A DNA stretch of 64,000 nucleotides, from positions 25,792 through 89,791 of the forward strand of contig VGAC01000002.1 in NCBI GenBank assembly GCA_016870865.1, written 5' to 3'. Source of the stretch: Actinomycetota bacterium. GTDB lineage: Bacteria > Actinomycetota > Acidimicrobiia > Acidimicrobiales > Ilumatobacteraceae. Below the pieces are notes generated by a model. The model saw nothing but the letters and a program-made list of their open reading frames with translations. It did no database searches and was not told the origin of the DNA. Below, one piece after another: positions 37,568 to 47,310 of this stretch (position 1 is the first letter of the stretch; every line of letters starts with the position of its first letter). Both the position numbers and the translations under genes were made by a program.

Positions 37568-39184
37568 CTACGACAGGCTCACCAAATCGAGCCACGATTG
37601 GTTGAAATAGTCGACCTGGCCGTCGGGAAGCAGGAGCACCTTCGTGGGTTCGAGACGCTCCACGAATTCGGTGTCGTGGCTGACGAAGATGATTGCGCCC
37701 CTCCAGTTGCTCAGGGCACCGGCGATGGCTTCGCGGCTCGCGGGGTCGAGGTTGTTCGTCGGTTCGTCGAGCAGCAGCAGATTGTTGCGTCCGACCATCA
37801 GCATCGCCAGCGCAAGTTTCGTCTTTTCGCCCCCCGACAGCGTTCCCGATTCCTGAAAAACCTTGCCCGACGAAAGGCCGAACATTCCGAGGTATCCGCG
37901 CAACTGGGTCTCCGTCAGGTTGAGGTGTGCCGGCGCTTCATTGCGCATGTGATCGATCAGGTTCGTGTACGGGTCGAGGTTGTCATGCTCCTGCGCGTAG
38001 TAACCCATCTGCACCTGGTGGCCGAATGCAAAGTCACCGTTGCTGGCCGGCACTTCACCGGCGAGGATGCGCAACATGCTCGTCTTCCCCGCGCCGTTCA
38101 GTCCGAGTACGAGCATGCGCTCTCCCCTGCCGAGGTCGAACGAGACGTCTTGGAAGATGGCCGGACCGCCGTAGGCCTTCGACAAATGGTCGACACGAAT
38201 GACGGTTTCGCCTGCTGCCGGAGGGTCGGGAAACTTGACCTTGAGCACGCTGTCTTTGGTCACGACTCTGGTGCGGTTGGCTTCCATGCGGTCGATGCGC
38301 TTTTCGATGCTGTGCGCCATCGATGCCTTGGTGGCCTTGGCGCCGAATCGATCAACGAGGGTCTGTAGACGATCAATTTCCCTCGACTCGAGGACCGCCT
38401 TGCGGGCTTGCCGCCCCTCGTCCTGCGCGCGGGCTGTTTTGTACTGGGTATAGGTGCCCTTGTATTCGATGAGCCTGCCTATGTCGTCTTCGCCCGGCCG
38501 GTCGAGGTGCAAGACGCGGGTGATCGCCTCGTCGAGCAGTTCCAGGTCATGGCTGATCACCAACAGCGCTCCACGGTATTGGCGAAGGAAATTGAGCAAC
38601 CATGTCTTTGCGTCGACGTCGAGATGGTTGGTCGGTTCGTCGAGCAACAGCACATCGCTGCCCGCAAAGAGGATCTTTGCCAGCTCCACACGGCGGCGTT
38701 CGCCGCCCGAGAGGACACCGAGTTGCAGATCAAGACGATCTGCGCGCAGGCCGAGTCCGGCCGCGATCGAACGCGCTTCACTTTCGGCTGCGTAACCACC
38801 CTGCGACGTGAAGAGATCGTGCGCCTTGGTGTACCGGTTGATATTGGCCCTGCTCGCGTTTTCCTCCATCGCGATGCGCAACTTTTCGATGCGGGTGAGC
38901 TGCTCGTCGATGTCACGTCCCGTGATGATGTGTCCGATTGCCGTGCGACCGTCGAATTCGCCCGCCTGCCGCGGGTCCTGGGACAGGTAGCCGAGCCCGC
39001 CCTTGCAGAGGATTTTTCCTGCGGCTGGTTCGAGGTCGCCCCCGAGCGTTTTGAAGAACGTGGTCTTGCCGGCACCGTTGCGGCCGACCAGGCCGACCTT
39101 GTGCTTGGGCATGATCGTGAACGATGCGCCCTCCAGGATCCTCTTGCCTCCCACCTCGACGGTGAGTGCGTCAACTTGCAGCAT
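37568..39184 (-). CDS. ABC-F family ATPase (two ABC domains, no TM domain; ribosome-associated type)
   Basis: 538 aa with Walker A GRNGAGKTT and GLNGAGKTS, signature LSGGERRR and LSGGEKTK, and an inter-domain linker. Confidence 0.9.
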   Translation of the reverse strand: MLQVDALTVEVGGKRILEGASFTIMPKHKVGLVGRNGAGKTTFFKTLGGDLEPAAGKILCKGGLGYLSQDPRQAGEFDGRTAIGHIITGRDIDEQLTRIEKLRIAMEENASRANINRYTKAHDLFTSQGGYAAESEARSIAAGLGLRADRLDLQLGVLSGGERRRVELAKILFAGSDVLLLDEPTNHLDVDAKTWLLNFLRQYRGALLVISHDLELLDEAITRVLHLDRPGEDDIGRLIEYKGTYTQYKTARAQDEGRQARKAVLESREIDRLQTLVDRFGAKATKASMAHSIEKRIDRMEANRTRVVTKDSVLKVKFPDPPAAGETVIRVDHLSKAYGGPAIFQDVSFDLGRGERMLVLGLNGAGKTSMLRILAGEVPASNGDFAFGHQVQMGYYAQEHDNLDPYTNLIDHMRNEAPAHLNLTETQLRGYLGMFGLSSGKVFQESGTLSGGEKTKLALAMLMVGRNNLLLLDEPTNNLDPASREAIAGALSNWRGAIIFVSHDTEFVERLEPTKVLLLPDGQVDYFNQSWLDLVSLS

Positions 39185-40185
39185 CAGCCGGCCGACGAAG
39201 TGGGTGCTGCTACGACGGTGGTTTGGGGCCCAGCGACGATCGGCGCCGGTGCGAGGGTCGACGCGGCGGCAGCGGGTTGGGGGGCGGTCGTGGTTGCGGG
39301 TGTTGTCGTCGTCGCCTCGGCCAGCGTGGCCGCCACGACAGCGGTCGTCGCTGACGGGTCCTGGACACTCGGGGGCGGGACCGTTGTTTCATCGAAGGCC
39401 GGCAAGACGTCGGGCAGCACGCGGCTGTCGTCCCGGAAGTAGACCTTCATGCAGTCACCGGGCGAAGACGGTGCAACTCCTGCGGCGCGCGCAATGGCAG
39501 TGGCAAGCACGACTCGACCTTCTGGTGTCGGGTGGACGCGGTCACGACCCAAGACCGAGGGCGACTTCGAGATGACCGCCCAGTCGAGAAGGGTTGTGTT
39601 CGGATAGCGCTCGACGAGGTCGCCTATGACCGAGTTGACTGCCTTTTGTCGTGCGCGGAAGACGGTCGTGTTCACGAGGATGACGGGTGTGTCACCGATG
39701 CGGTCGAGAATCTTTTCCATCGACTCGCGGTAAAGCTTCTTGCTGCCGGCGTAATTCGTGCCGAGTTCGATGAGCACGGCATCCCATCCCTCGTTCCATC
39801 GCTTGTCGAGGACATCGAGACCGAAATCGACGAACTGGCCCGCCTCGGCCTCGAGCGCGACGTTCCAACCTTGCGGAACGAGAAGCCCGCATGCCTCGTT
39901 GCCGTAGCGCTTGGCGATCGACGACAGAATCGAGTCGCCGATCATGAGAAGCCGGTTGCCCTTCGCAACCGCACCGAGCAGGGCGCCGTCGATTTCGGGT
40001 ATCTCGACTTCCGCGGCGATGTCGGGTGGGAGGGTTGCGACTCCGACGAAGTCGTTGCCCGGAATGCGACCGACGCCACCGAGGGTGCCACTGGTGTCAC
40101 CGACGCCGCCACCGCATGACGGAACCAACAGTGCGACGGCTGTGAGTGCGCAGACCCCGGCCGAGATCGAACGACGGGCGGTCAT
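39184..40185 (-). CDS. SGNH/GDSL hydrolase lipoprotein with Thr/Ala/Pro-rich C-terminal tail
   Basis: Signal plus lipobox LLVPSCGG, GDS block LLMIGDSILSS and DxxH block RDRVHPT. The last ~60 aa are low-complexity T/A/P. Confidence 0.75.
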   Translation of the reverse strand: MTARRSISAGVCALTAVALLVPSCGGGVGDTSGTLGGVGRIPGNDFVGVATLPPDIAAEVEIPEIDGALLGAVAKGNRLLMIGDSILSSIAKRYGNEACGLLVPQGWNVALEAEAGQFVDFGLDVLDKRWNEGWDAVLIELGTNYAGSKKLYRESMEKILDRIGDTPVILVNTTVFRARQKAVNSVIGDLVERYPNTTLLDWAVISKSPSVLGRDRVHPTPEGRVVLATAIARAAGVAPSSPGDCMKVYFRDDSRVLPDVLPAFDETTVPPPSVQDPSATTAVVAATLAEATTTTPATTTAPQPAAAASTLAPAPIVAGPQTTVVAAPTSSAG

Positions 40186-40613
40186 GGACGACGACGAAGT
40201 TCGTCGCGGATGTCCGTGAGGATTTCGTTCGTGGTCGGCGCCGGCTTTGCATTGGCCTCACCCGAGCGGAACCGGTTGTAGAGACGAATGACGACGAACA
40301 TGGCGAGCGAGACGAGGAGAAAGTTGATCGTCGCCGTCAACAGCGAACCCAGCGGAAGGAAACTGCCGTTCAGCGTTACGCCCTTGTCGTTGAAGTTCGG
40401 CGTCTTGCCACCGAAAATCGCACCCATCAGACCGCCGAGAATGCCGGGGTTGTCACCGCCGTTGCCAGCGAAGGAGTCGATGATCGTCTTGAAAGTTGCA
40501 CCGATGACGAAGGCGACGCCAAGTTCGACCACGTTGCCGCGGTCCACGAACTCACGGAATTCGCGAACGAGACGCTTCTTTTCCCTGATTTTCTCGCTGG
40601 AGAGGAGGGGCAT
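40182..40613 (-). CDS. mscL: large-conductance mechanosensitive channel
   Basis: 143 aa with FREFVDRGNVVELGVAFVIGATF..II.S, the canonical MscL N-terminus. Its stop overlaps the SGNH gene start (ATGA). Confidence 0.92.
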   Translation of the reverse strand: MPLLSSEKIREKKRLVREFREFVDRGNVVELGVAFVIGATFKTIIDSFAGNGGDNPGILGGLMGAIFGGKTPNFNDKGVTLNGSFLPLGSLLTATINFLLVSLAMFVVIRLYNRFRSGEANAKPAPTTNEILTDIRDELRRRP

Positions 40614-40638
40614 CGGGCCATTTTACGGGGTGTGGCGG

Positions 40639-41943
40639 CTATTTTCCGTCGCGCTCCTCGAGGTCGGAGAATCGATCGACTCGTCGCAACGCCGGAAACA
40701 AGAGCCACCACAGACCGGCGATACCCACCGTTGCGATGCCGCCACCGACGACGGCGCCGGCGGTGCCGACGGCCTGCGACGCGACACCCGACTCGAAGGC
40801 GCCGAGTTCGTTCGATGCGCCGATGAATACGTTCTCGACGGCAAGAACTCGTCCGCGTTTCTCGTCGGGAGTCACGAGAGGGACGATCGAAGAGCGGATG
40901 AAGACACTGACCATGTCGGCGGCACTCAACACGAGAATCGCGATGAAGGCCACGACGTAACTGTGCGTGAGGCCCAACACCACGGTCATGACACCGAACG
41001 TTGCGACCACGACGAACAACTTCTGGCCGACTCGCCGCCGTACGGGTCGCCACGCGAGGAAGACTGCCATGGCTGCGGCACCTATTCCGACGGCGGCCCG
41101 CAACCAGCCGTACGCAACGTCACCGACACCCAGACGTTCCTCGGCGATGACGGGCAACAAGGCGACTGCACCACCGAAGAGAACCGCAAAGAGATCGAGC
41201 GAAATCGCAGCGAGAAGAATCGGCGTACGCCTGATGAACACCAGACCTTCGATCGCATGACGAAAGGTCGGCCTATCCGGTGAAGCAGCGATGTTGCGCG
41301 GCACATTGACCCGCAGGATTGCGGCCATGCCCATGGCGATCAGAACGGACGCCACGAAGTACGCGACCCACGGATCGATGCTGTAGAGAAAACCCGACAT
41401 TGCCGGCCCGGCGATCGCCGCGCCCGTCCATGTGGCCGACGACAATGCGACGACCGCGGGAAGCCCACCCGGCGGTGCAATCGACGGCCAGATGGACCGT
41501 GCGGCTGGCGCAACAAAGGCACGGGATACCCCGTAGAGCAGTGTGATCAGAAAAATCGGCGCGACCGCCGTCGGGTTCGTGCGCGCATAGAACATCAGTG
41601 CAACCGCGCTGACGAGTTCACCCGTGACCGCGATCAGAACGACGTTGCGTCGATAGAAACGATCGGCCACGACACCCGTGACGAGAACCAACACCGCTGC
41701 GGGGAGAAACTCGACGAGGCCGATCCACCCGATGTCGATTTCGCGTCCGGTGATGTCGTACACCTGCTTGCCCAGGACCGCCGCCTGCAGCATGAGCCCC
41801 GTGTAGAGACACGTGCCGTAGACGAGCATTGCCCGCACGTCGCGGGAACGCAGCACCTCGCGTGAGGTCAACTGCGCAGGGGTCTCGGGAAACCTAGAGT
41901 GATGGGGGTCTGCGGACACTGAGGGGACCCTAGTCCGCCGCAA
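40639..41943 (-). CDS. MFS transporter (12 TM)
   Basis: 434 aa, hydrophobic throughout, with MFS loop motif VADRFYRRNVV between TM2 and TM3. Confidence 0.8.
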   Translation of the reverse strand: MRRTRVPSVSADPHHSRFPETPAQLTSREVLRSRDVRAMLVYGTCLYTGLMLQAAVLGKQVYDITGREIDIGWIGLVEFLPAAVLVLVTGVVADRFYRRNVVLIAVTGELVSAVALMFYARTNPTAVAPIFLITLLYGVSRAFVAPAARSIWPSIAPPGGLPAVVALSSATWTGAAIAGPAMSGFLYSIDPWVAYFVASVLIAMGMAAILRVNVPRNIAASPDRPTFRHAIEGLVFIRRTPILLAAISLDLFAVLFGGAVALLPVIAEERLGVGDVAYGWLRAAVGIGAAAMAVFLAWRPVRRRVGQKLFVVVATFGVMTVVLGLTHSYVVAFIAILVLSAADMVSVFIRSSIVPLVTPDEKRGRVLAVENVFIGASNELGAFESGVASQAVGTAGAVVGGGIATVGIAGLWWLLFPALRRVDRFSDLEERDGK

Positions 41944-41974
41944 AGAACGCTAGACTTATAGTCTGGAGGTCCGG

Positions 41975-43420
41975 TTGACATCGATTGAAGACGACACACG
42001 CTGGCTCGACGCCACCGACCAGGCGCGGCTCGTGCGCGAGGGCAAGGTGTCCGCACGCGAATTGGCCGAGGCTGCGATCAACCGCATCACGGCGGGGAAC
42101 CCGCAACTCAACGCGGTGAATTACGAATGGTTCGACCACGGCCGCGAACTGGCCACCGCAGTCGATCGCGACAAGGCCTCGACGGCATTCGCAGGCGTGC
42201 CGTTTCTCTTGAAGGACCTCCACACCTTCTACGCCGGATTCCCCATCTCGAATGGCAACAAGGCGATGAAGGCAGCGAACTACACGCCGAACTTTTCGAC
42301 GACGCTCGTCGAACGTTTTGCCGCACAGCGCCTGGTGTTCCTCGGACGCACGACATCACCCGAGTGGGGCAGCGTTCCGGTCACCGAACCCGAGGCCTGG
42401 GGCATCTCGCGCAATCCATGGAACCTGGACCGTACGTGTGGCGGTTCAAGCGGAGGTTCAGCGGCGGCGGTGGCCACGGGCATGGTGCCTATCGCACACG
42501 CAAGTGACGGCGGCGGTTCCGTTCGCATCCCGGCATCATGTTGCGGACTCGTCGGCTTGAAGGTGTCACAGGGACGTATCACCGTCGGGCCCACCCGCCT
42601 GGAGACGAACCTCGGTGTCGAACTGTGCGTGTCGCGCAGTGTGCGCGACACCGCAGCGATACTCGACGCAGTGCACGGCCCGGGCGTGGGGGATCTCGTC
42701 ATTGCGCCTCCCCCCACGCGGCCCTACGTGCAAGAACTTGGGGCACCCACCGGCCGGCTGCGGATCGGCTTTGCCACGACGAGATTCACGGGCGAGCCGA
42801 TCCACCCCGACTGCGTCGAAGCGGTAACGCGCACGGCAGCACTGCTGGACTCACTCGGCCACCACGTCGAGCCCGCGGTTCCTGCAGCATTGGACGACCC
42901 CCGTGCGACGGCACGCTTCTCGGCCCTCTGGGCCACGAACATGGCGGCAAATCGCGTCGGTCTGGCCGACCTGCTCGGTCGTCCGGTCACGATCGACGAC
43001 GTTGAGTTGATGAACTGGTCGATGGCCGAGTACGCGACGAGGCTTTCTGCGCTCGATTACTCGAACACGATCAGTGCCGCTGGCGCGTTCCGCCGCGAGG
43101 TCGCGCGCTGGTGGACCGAGGGCTGGGATCTGTTGCTGACACCGACTCTCTCGGCGCCGCCGCTTCCCGTCGGTACGTCGCGCAACAACCCCGCCGACCC
43201 CGGCGAGACAGGACGCATCGCAATCGACTGGGCTCCGTTCACGGCACAGTTCAACACCACGGGGCAACCCGCCATCAGCCTGCCGATGCACTGGAGCGAC
43301 GAGGGTTTGCCGATCGGTGTCCAACTCGTTGCGGCCTACGCACGCGAAGACGTGCTCATCCGCGTCGCGTCGCAACTCGAGTCGGCCGCGCCGTGGGCGC
43401 AACGTCACCCAAATCCCTGA
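41975..43420 (+). CDS. amidase-signature family amidase
   Basis: TTG start, 481 aa. Carries the AS signature GGSSGGSAAAVATGMVPIAHASDGGGSVRIPASCCGLVGLK. Confidence 0.9.
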   Translation: MTSIEDDTRWLDATDQARLVREGKVSARELAEAAINRITAGNPQLNAVNYEWFDHGRELATAVDRDKASTAFAGVPFLLKDLHTFYAGFPISNGNKAMKAANYTPNFSTTLVERFAAQRLVFLGRTTSPEWGSVPVTEPEAWGISRNPWNLDRTCGGSSGGSAAAVATGMVPIAHASDGGGSVRIPASCCGLVGLKVSQGRITVGPTRLETNLGVELCVSRSVRDTAAILDAVHGPGVGDLVIAPPPTRPYVQELGAPTGRLRIGFATTRFTGEPIHPDCVEAVTRTAALLDSLGHHVEPAVPAALDDPRATARFSALWATNMAANRVGLADLLGRPVTIDDVELMNWSMAEYATRLSALDYSNTISAAGAFRREVARWWTEGWDLLLTPTLSAPPLPVGTSRNNPADPGETGRIAIDWAPFTAQFNTTGQPAISLPMHWSDEGLPIGVQLVAAYAREDVLIRVASQLESAAPWAQRHPNP

Positions 43421-44206
43421 TCAGCGGGCGGTCCAGCCACCGTCGACGACGACGATCTGGCCCGTCATGAACGAGGATGCATCGCTGGCGAGGAACAGCA
43501 GCGCACCATCCAGTTCATCGGCCTTGCCCATGCGCGGGATCGGCGAGTTCAGGTTGATGTAGCGCTGGCTTCCCTCGTCGGACTCCATGCCGGCGGTCAT
43601 CTCCGTCTCGAACCATCCGGGACACAGCGCATTCACCCGCACACCCTTGCGCGCCCACTGCAGCGCGATTTCACGCGTCATGTTGATGACACCACCCTTG
43701 CTTGCGGCATAGTTCGCCTGCTTCACGGGTGATGCGCCGACAAGGCCGAGCATCGATGCAATATTGACGACCACACCCGACTTTCGTGCGACCATCCCCT
43801 CGCCGACCAATTTGGTGAGGTGCCATACCGCCACTGTGTTGATCTGCAGAACTTCTTCGAACGTCTCGAGAGTCTCGACCTCGATGCCAACACTGCGCGT
43901 GATCCCTGCATTGTTCACGAGAATGTCAATCCGACCGAACTGTTCTTCGGTTCGCTTCACCAGGTTTTCCCGATCGGTGGCCTTGGTTCCGTCGGTAGCC
44001 ACCGCCAGACTGCCCGGCAGTTCGGCAGCGAGTGCCTCGAGACGGTCGGCGCGCCGTGCGGCGATGACAACCCTCGCACCAACGGCATGAAGAACGCGCG
44101 CGAAGCGCAAACCGAGGCCCGACGAGGCACCCGTGACGATGGCAACACGACCATCGAGGCGAAACTGCGCGAGGGGATCGAGGTTCTGTGGCACGATCTC
44201 CACCAT
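43421..44206 (-). CDS. SDR family oxidoreductase
   Basis: Internal ATG at 44206. Contains VAIVTGASSGLG, NNAG and YAASKGG (YxxxK). 261 aa. Confidence 0.88.
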   Translation of the reverse strand: MVEIVPQNLDPLAQFRLDGRVAIVTGASSGLGLRFARVLHAVGARVVIAARRADRLEALAAELPGSLAVATDGTKATDRENLVKRTEEQFGRIDILVNNAGITRSVGIEVETLETFEEVLQINTVAVWHLTKLVGEGMVARKSGVVVNIASMLGLVGASPVKQANYAASKGGVINMTREIALQWARKGVRVNALCPGWFETEMTAGMESDEGSQRYINLNSPIPRMGKADELDGALLFLASDASSFMTGQIVVVDGGWTAR

Positions 44207-44951
44207 GCCAGAAACAGCCGCGGGGTCGGAAAGCCAGCCTCTGATCGTTCTCGTACACGGTGCTTGGCATGGGGCGTGGTGTTGGGCAGCCCTGCAGTCG
44301 GAACTCGACAACCGCGGTGTCGCCTCGATCGCGATCGACCTACCGGGTCACGGCGCCTCGACGCTCCCTTTCTGCGACCTGCATGGCGATGCCCAGCACG
44401 TCGCAGACGTGGTCACAGGACTCTCTGGCCCCGTCGTGCTCGTCGGACACTCCTACGGCGGGGCGGTCATCACCGAGGCCGTCCACCGCATCGAACACGG
44501 CGGGCGGACCCGCGTCACGCAGCTCGTTTACCTCGCCGCTTTTTGCCCCGATGAGGGCGAGTCGGTGATGGATCTGGCCCGACATGAATCCGGTGGACCC
44601 GTCGATCTCGGTGATGCGATGGTTCCCGTCGATGGTGGGCTTTTCGTCCTCGACCCCACGAAGGCTGCACCGGCTCTCTACGGCAACACTGGGGCGCGAG
44701 CGGTGGAGGCGGCATCAAGACGTTTGTGCCCGCAGCCCCTCGCGACGTTGATTCAGCCCGTCACGGATGCTGCATGGCGCCGGATCCCCGGCACGTACGT
44801 CGTCTGCACCCGTGACCGCTCGGTTCATCCGGGACACCAGGAGTACATGGCGACTCGTTGCGGCAACGTGGTGCGACTCGACACCGACCACTCACCGTTT
44901 CTCTCCAAGACAAGGGAAACGGCCGACCTGATTGCGAGCGCGGCCCGGTGA
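44205..44951 (+). CDS. alpha/beta hydrolase (methylesterase-like, HGAWHG type)
   Basis: Internal ATG at 44205. Contains LIVLVHGAWHGAWCW, nucleophile elbow LVGHSYGG and C-terminal DHSPFLS. Confidence 0.85.
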   Translation: MPETAAGSESQPLIVLVHGAWHGAWCWAALQSELDNRGVASIAIDLPGHGASTLPFCDLHGDAQHVADVVTGLSGPVVLVGHSYGGAVITEAVHRIEHGGRTRVTQLVYLAAFCPDEGESVMDLARHESGGPVDLGDAMVPVDGGLFVLDPTKAAPALYGNTGARAVEAASRRLCPQPLATLIQPVTDAAWRRIPGTYVVCTRDRSVHPGHQEYMATRCGNVVRLDTDHSPFLSKTRETADLIASAAR

Positions 44952-45853
44952 AGGTGCGTGTCGGTTACGGGTTTGGTGTGCGCACACAACTCAACGACAC
45001 CTCATTCTTCGATGTCGTCGATGCTCTCGAAGATCTGCGCTACGACAGCCTGTGGGTGAGTGAGCGCATCGGATCGGAGTGTCCCGACCCCGTGGTGGCG
45101 ATGTCGGTGGCAGCCGCGCGCACCAAGAAGTTGAAGTTCGGCATGAGTGTGATGGTGCTGCCCGGCCGCAACCCCGTCCTTCTGGCCAAACAACTCGCCA
45201 CCCTCGACCGCATGTCGAACGGGCGACTCCTGCCCGCATTCGGCCTCGGAGTCGCGGACAGCGCCGAACAACAGGCTTTCGGCGTCGAACGCGTCGAACG
45301 GGCGAAGATGTTCGACGAAGCCCTCGACGTGATGCGCAAGTGCTGGCTCGACGACGTGGTGAACCACGAGGGCAGGTGGTTCACGCTACGCGACCTGCGT
45401 GTCGAGCCGAAGCCCAAACAACAGCCACCCGACGTGTGGCTCGGCGGCATCGCACCGAGTGAACTAAAGCGTGTGGCGCGCATGAGCGATGGTTGGCTGC
45501 CGAGCTTCGTCATGCCCGACGAGGCCGCGACCGGGTGGGAGACCATCAACACCCACGCCCGGGAACTGGGTCGCAGCATCGAGGACGAACACTTCGGTGT
45601 CCTGATCCCCTATCGATTCGGTCCGCTTCCCGCTGCACTCGCCGCGGGCCTCGGTGCGCGCCGACCCGATCTCGCCGACCCCGGGGTTCTCGTTCCGAAC
45701 GGCTGGGACGAACTTGTGCTACGCATCAAGGAGTTCATCGCGGTCGGAGCGAGCAAGTTTGTCGTTCTGCCCCTCGTGGAACCAGCGGGATCGGATGCCT
45801 GGATCAGGCATCTTGAAGAGGCCGCCGATGTCGTCATTCCGTTGCAGACCTGA
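44948..45853 (+). CDS. LLM-class F420-dependent oxidoreductase
   Basis: GTG at 44948 overlaps the upstream TGA. The product begins VKVRVGYGFG..., then SLWVSERIG and RLLPAFGLG. 301 aa. Confidence 0.8.
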   Translation: MKVRVGYGFGVRTQLNDTSFFDVVDALEDLRYDSLWVSERIGSECPDPVVAMSVAAARTKKLKFGMSVMVLPGRNPVLLAKQLATLDRMSNGRLLPAFGLGVADSAEQQAFGVERVERAKMFDEALDVMRKCWLDDVVNHEGRWFTLRDLRVEPKPKQQPPDVWLGGIAPSELKRVARMSDGWLPSFVMPDEAATGWETINTHARELGRSIEDEHFGVLIPYRFGPLPAALAAGLGARRPDLADPGVLVPNGWDELVLRIKEFIAVGASKFVVLPLVEPAGSDAWIRHLEEAADVVIPLQT

Positions 45854-46514
45854 CACCCTCCGCCGCATCGGCGCGACGATGCTCGCAACGACCTTGGTGC
45901 TGTCCGTGCTGGTCGCACCGGCCCACGCGGCGACACCCGAGAAGAAAGCCCGCAGACCCCGCGTTCTCGTCCTTGGTGACTCGGTGTTCTCGATGTTGCT
46001 CGTCGCCGACGACGCGCTTGAGGACTTGAATGCCATCATTCCGGTCATCTACCGCGGCGAGCCATGCCAGAAGTTGTTGACGCGCGGCTGCGTCCCCGGG
46101 GTCAAGTTGAGCGCGTTGCAACAATTCCGCACCGCACGGGGCGAATTCACCGACGCAGTCCTCGTGGCCACCGGCTACAACGAGGGTGGGCTCGACGTGC
46201 TGCGAGAATCCCTCGCCGAGTTTCGACGCGAAGCCAAACGCCAAGATGTGAGGTTGATCTGGGCCACGTACCGCATCGCCGGAAACGTGAAGGAAAAGGC
46301 GACCCGGTTCAACCGTGAGCTTCGTCGGGCAGAGAGACGTAACGTCGTGTTCGACATCTTCGACTGGAACCGACTCTCGAGAAACCGACCCTCGTGGTTT
46401 TCGGGTGACAAGGTGCACCTCTCACGCGGCGGCACGGTCAATCTCGCACGTCGGCTCGGCAGATACCTGAAGCGAACCCTCGCTACGAAAGAGTCGGCCA
46501 CAACGCAAGGGTGA
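45828..46514 (+). CDS. secreted SGNH-hydrolase-like protein
   Basis: Signal peptide ...RRIGATMLATTLVLSVLVAPAHA, GDS block VLVLGDSVFS and a late GDKVHL block. The start is ATG 45828 (26-nt overlap with the upstream gene) or ATG 45879. Confidence 0.65.
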   Translation: MSSFRCRPDTLRRIGATMLATTLVLSVLVAPAHAATPEKKARRPRVLVLGDSVFSMLLVADDALEDLNAIIPVIYRGEPCQKLLTRGCVPGVKLSALQQFRTARGEFTDAVLVATGYNEGGLDVLRESLAEFRREAKRQDVRLIWATYRIAGNVKEKATRFNRELRRAERRNVVFDIFDWNRLSRNRPSWFSGDKVHLSRGGTVNLARRLGRYLKRTLATKESATTQG

Positions 46515-47301
46515 CCGCCGCCGCCACAAGCCGGTACCAACCGAAGTGCGCCAACGGTCGCTCGGCGAGATAAGCAACCAGCCAGCGCACGGCCAGCATT
46601 GCCGTGACGAAAGCGGTCGCGCCGCCCAGTAGCGGCCGGGCGAGGCCGAAGTCGTCGAGCAGTTGCCCGCCGTTCTTCGCCAGGTCGAACACCGTCGCCG
46701 CCGACAACGTGGCAAGACCGAGAAGGAAGCTGTACTCGAGCGCCGCCGACAGCGACAATCCCACCATCGCCGCGGCCGTGATCGTGACGAGACTGCGGCT
46801 CACCCCCGGCCACAAAGCCAGGGTCTGTGCACAACCAATGATCACCGCGTGCGCCATGGTGAGTTGACTCAGGGATGCACCGTCGCGCCGCGGCTTCCAG
46901 AGAATCAGGAACACGCCACCCACGACCCATGCGATGACGACCGGCCCGGGAGAGAACAGTTCGTCCTTGATGACGTCGCCGAACACGGCACCAACGACGG
47001 CCGCGGGGACGAACGACGTTACGAGCAAACCAAGTACCCGCCTGCCTTCGTCGTCACGACCGGCGACCCCCTTGATCATTGATGCAATACGTGCGCGGTA
47101 CACCAGAAACACCGCGAGAATCGCCCCGATCTGAATGGCGATTGCATAGGTGTCGGCGGCATCGCGGCCGACCGAGTCGCCGAGTCCGAGCCAGCGCTGG
47201 ACGACAAGCAGATGCCCCGTGGACGAGACGGGCAAATACTCGGTGATGCCCTCGACGACGCCGAGAATCACCGAGTCGAGCGTGCTGAGACTCCCCGACA
47301 C
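46483..47301 (-). CDS. uppP: undecaprenyl-diphosphate phosphatase
   Basis: 272 aa with GVVEGITEYLPVSSTGHL and a later PGVSRS motif, both BacA/UppP hallmarks. Confidence 0.92.
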   Translation of the reverse strand: MSGSLSTLDSVILGVVEGITEYLPVSSTGHLLVVQRWLGLGDSVGRDAADTYAIAIQIGAILAVFLVYRARIASMIKGVAGRDDEGRRVLGLLVTSFVPAAVVGAVFGDVIKDELFSPGPVVIAWVVGGVFLILWKPRRDGASLSQLTMAHAVIIGCAQTLALWPGVSRSLVTITAAAMVGLSLSAALEYSFLLGLATLSAATVFDLAKNGGQLLDDFGLARPLLGGATAFVTAMLAVRWLVAYLAERPLAHFGWYRLVAAAVTLALWPTLS

Positions 47302-47310
47302 AAGAGACGA

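Noticed and set aside
38408-39442. 344-aa plus-strand ORF
   Set aside because: It is antisense to the ABC-F ATPase and the SGNH lipoprotein genes and has no motifs.
41975-43420. Amidase as GatA (Glu-tRNA-Gln amidotransferase subunit A)
   Set aside because: No gatC or gatB genes are adjacent, and the N- and C-terminal regions look like a generic amidase-signature enzyme. I left it as an amidase.
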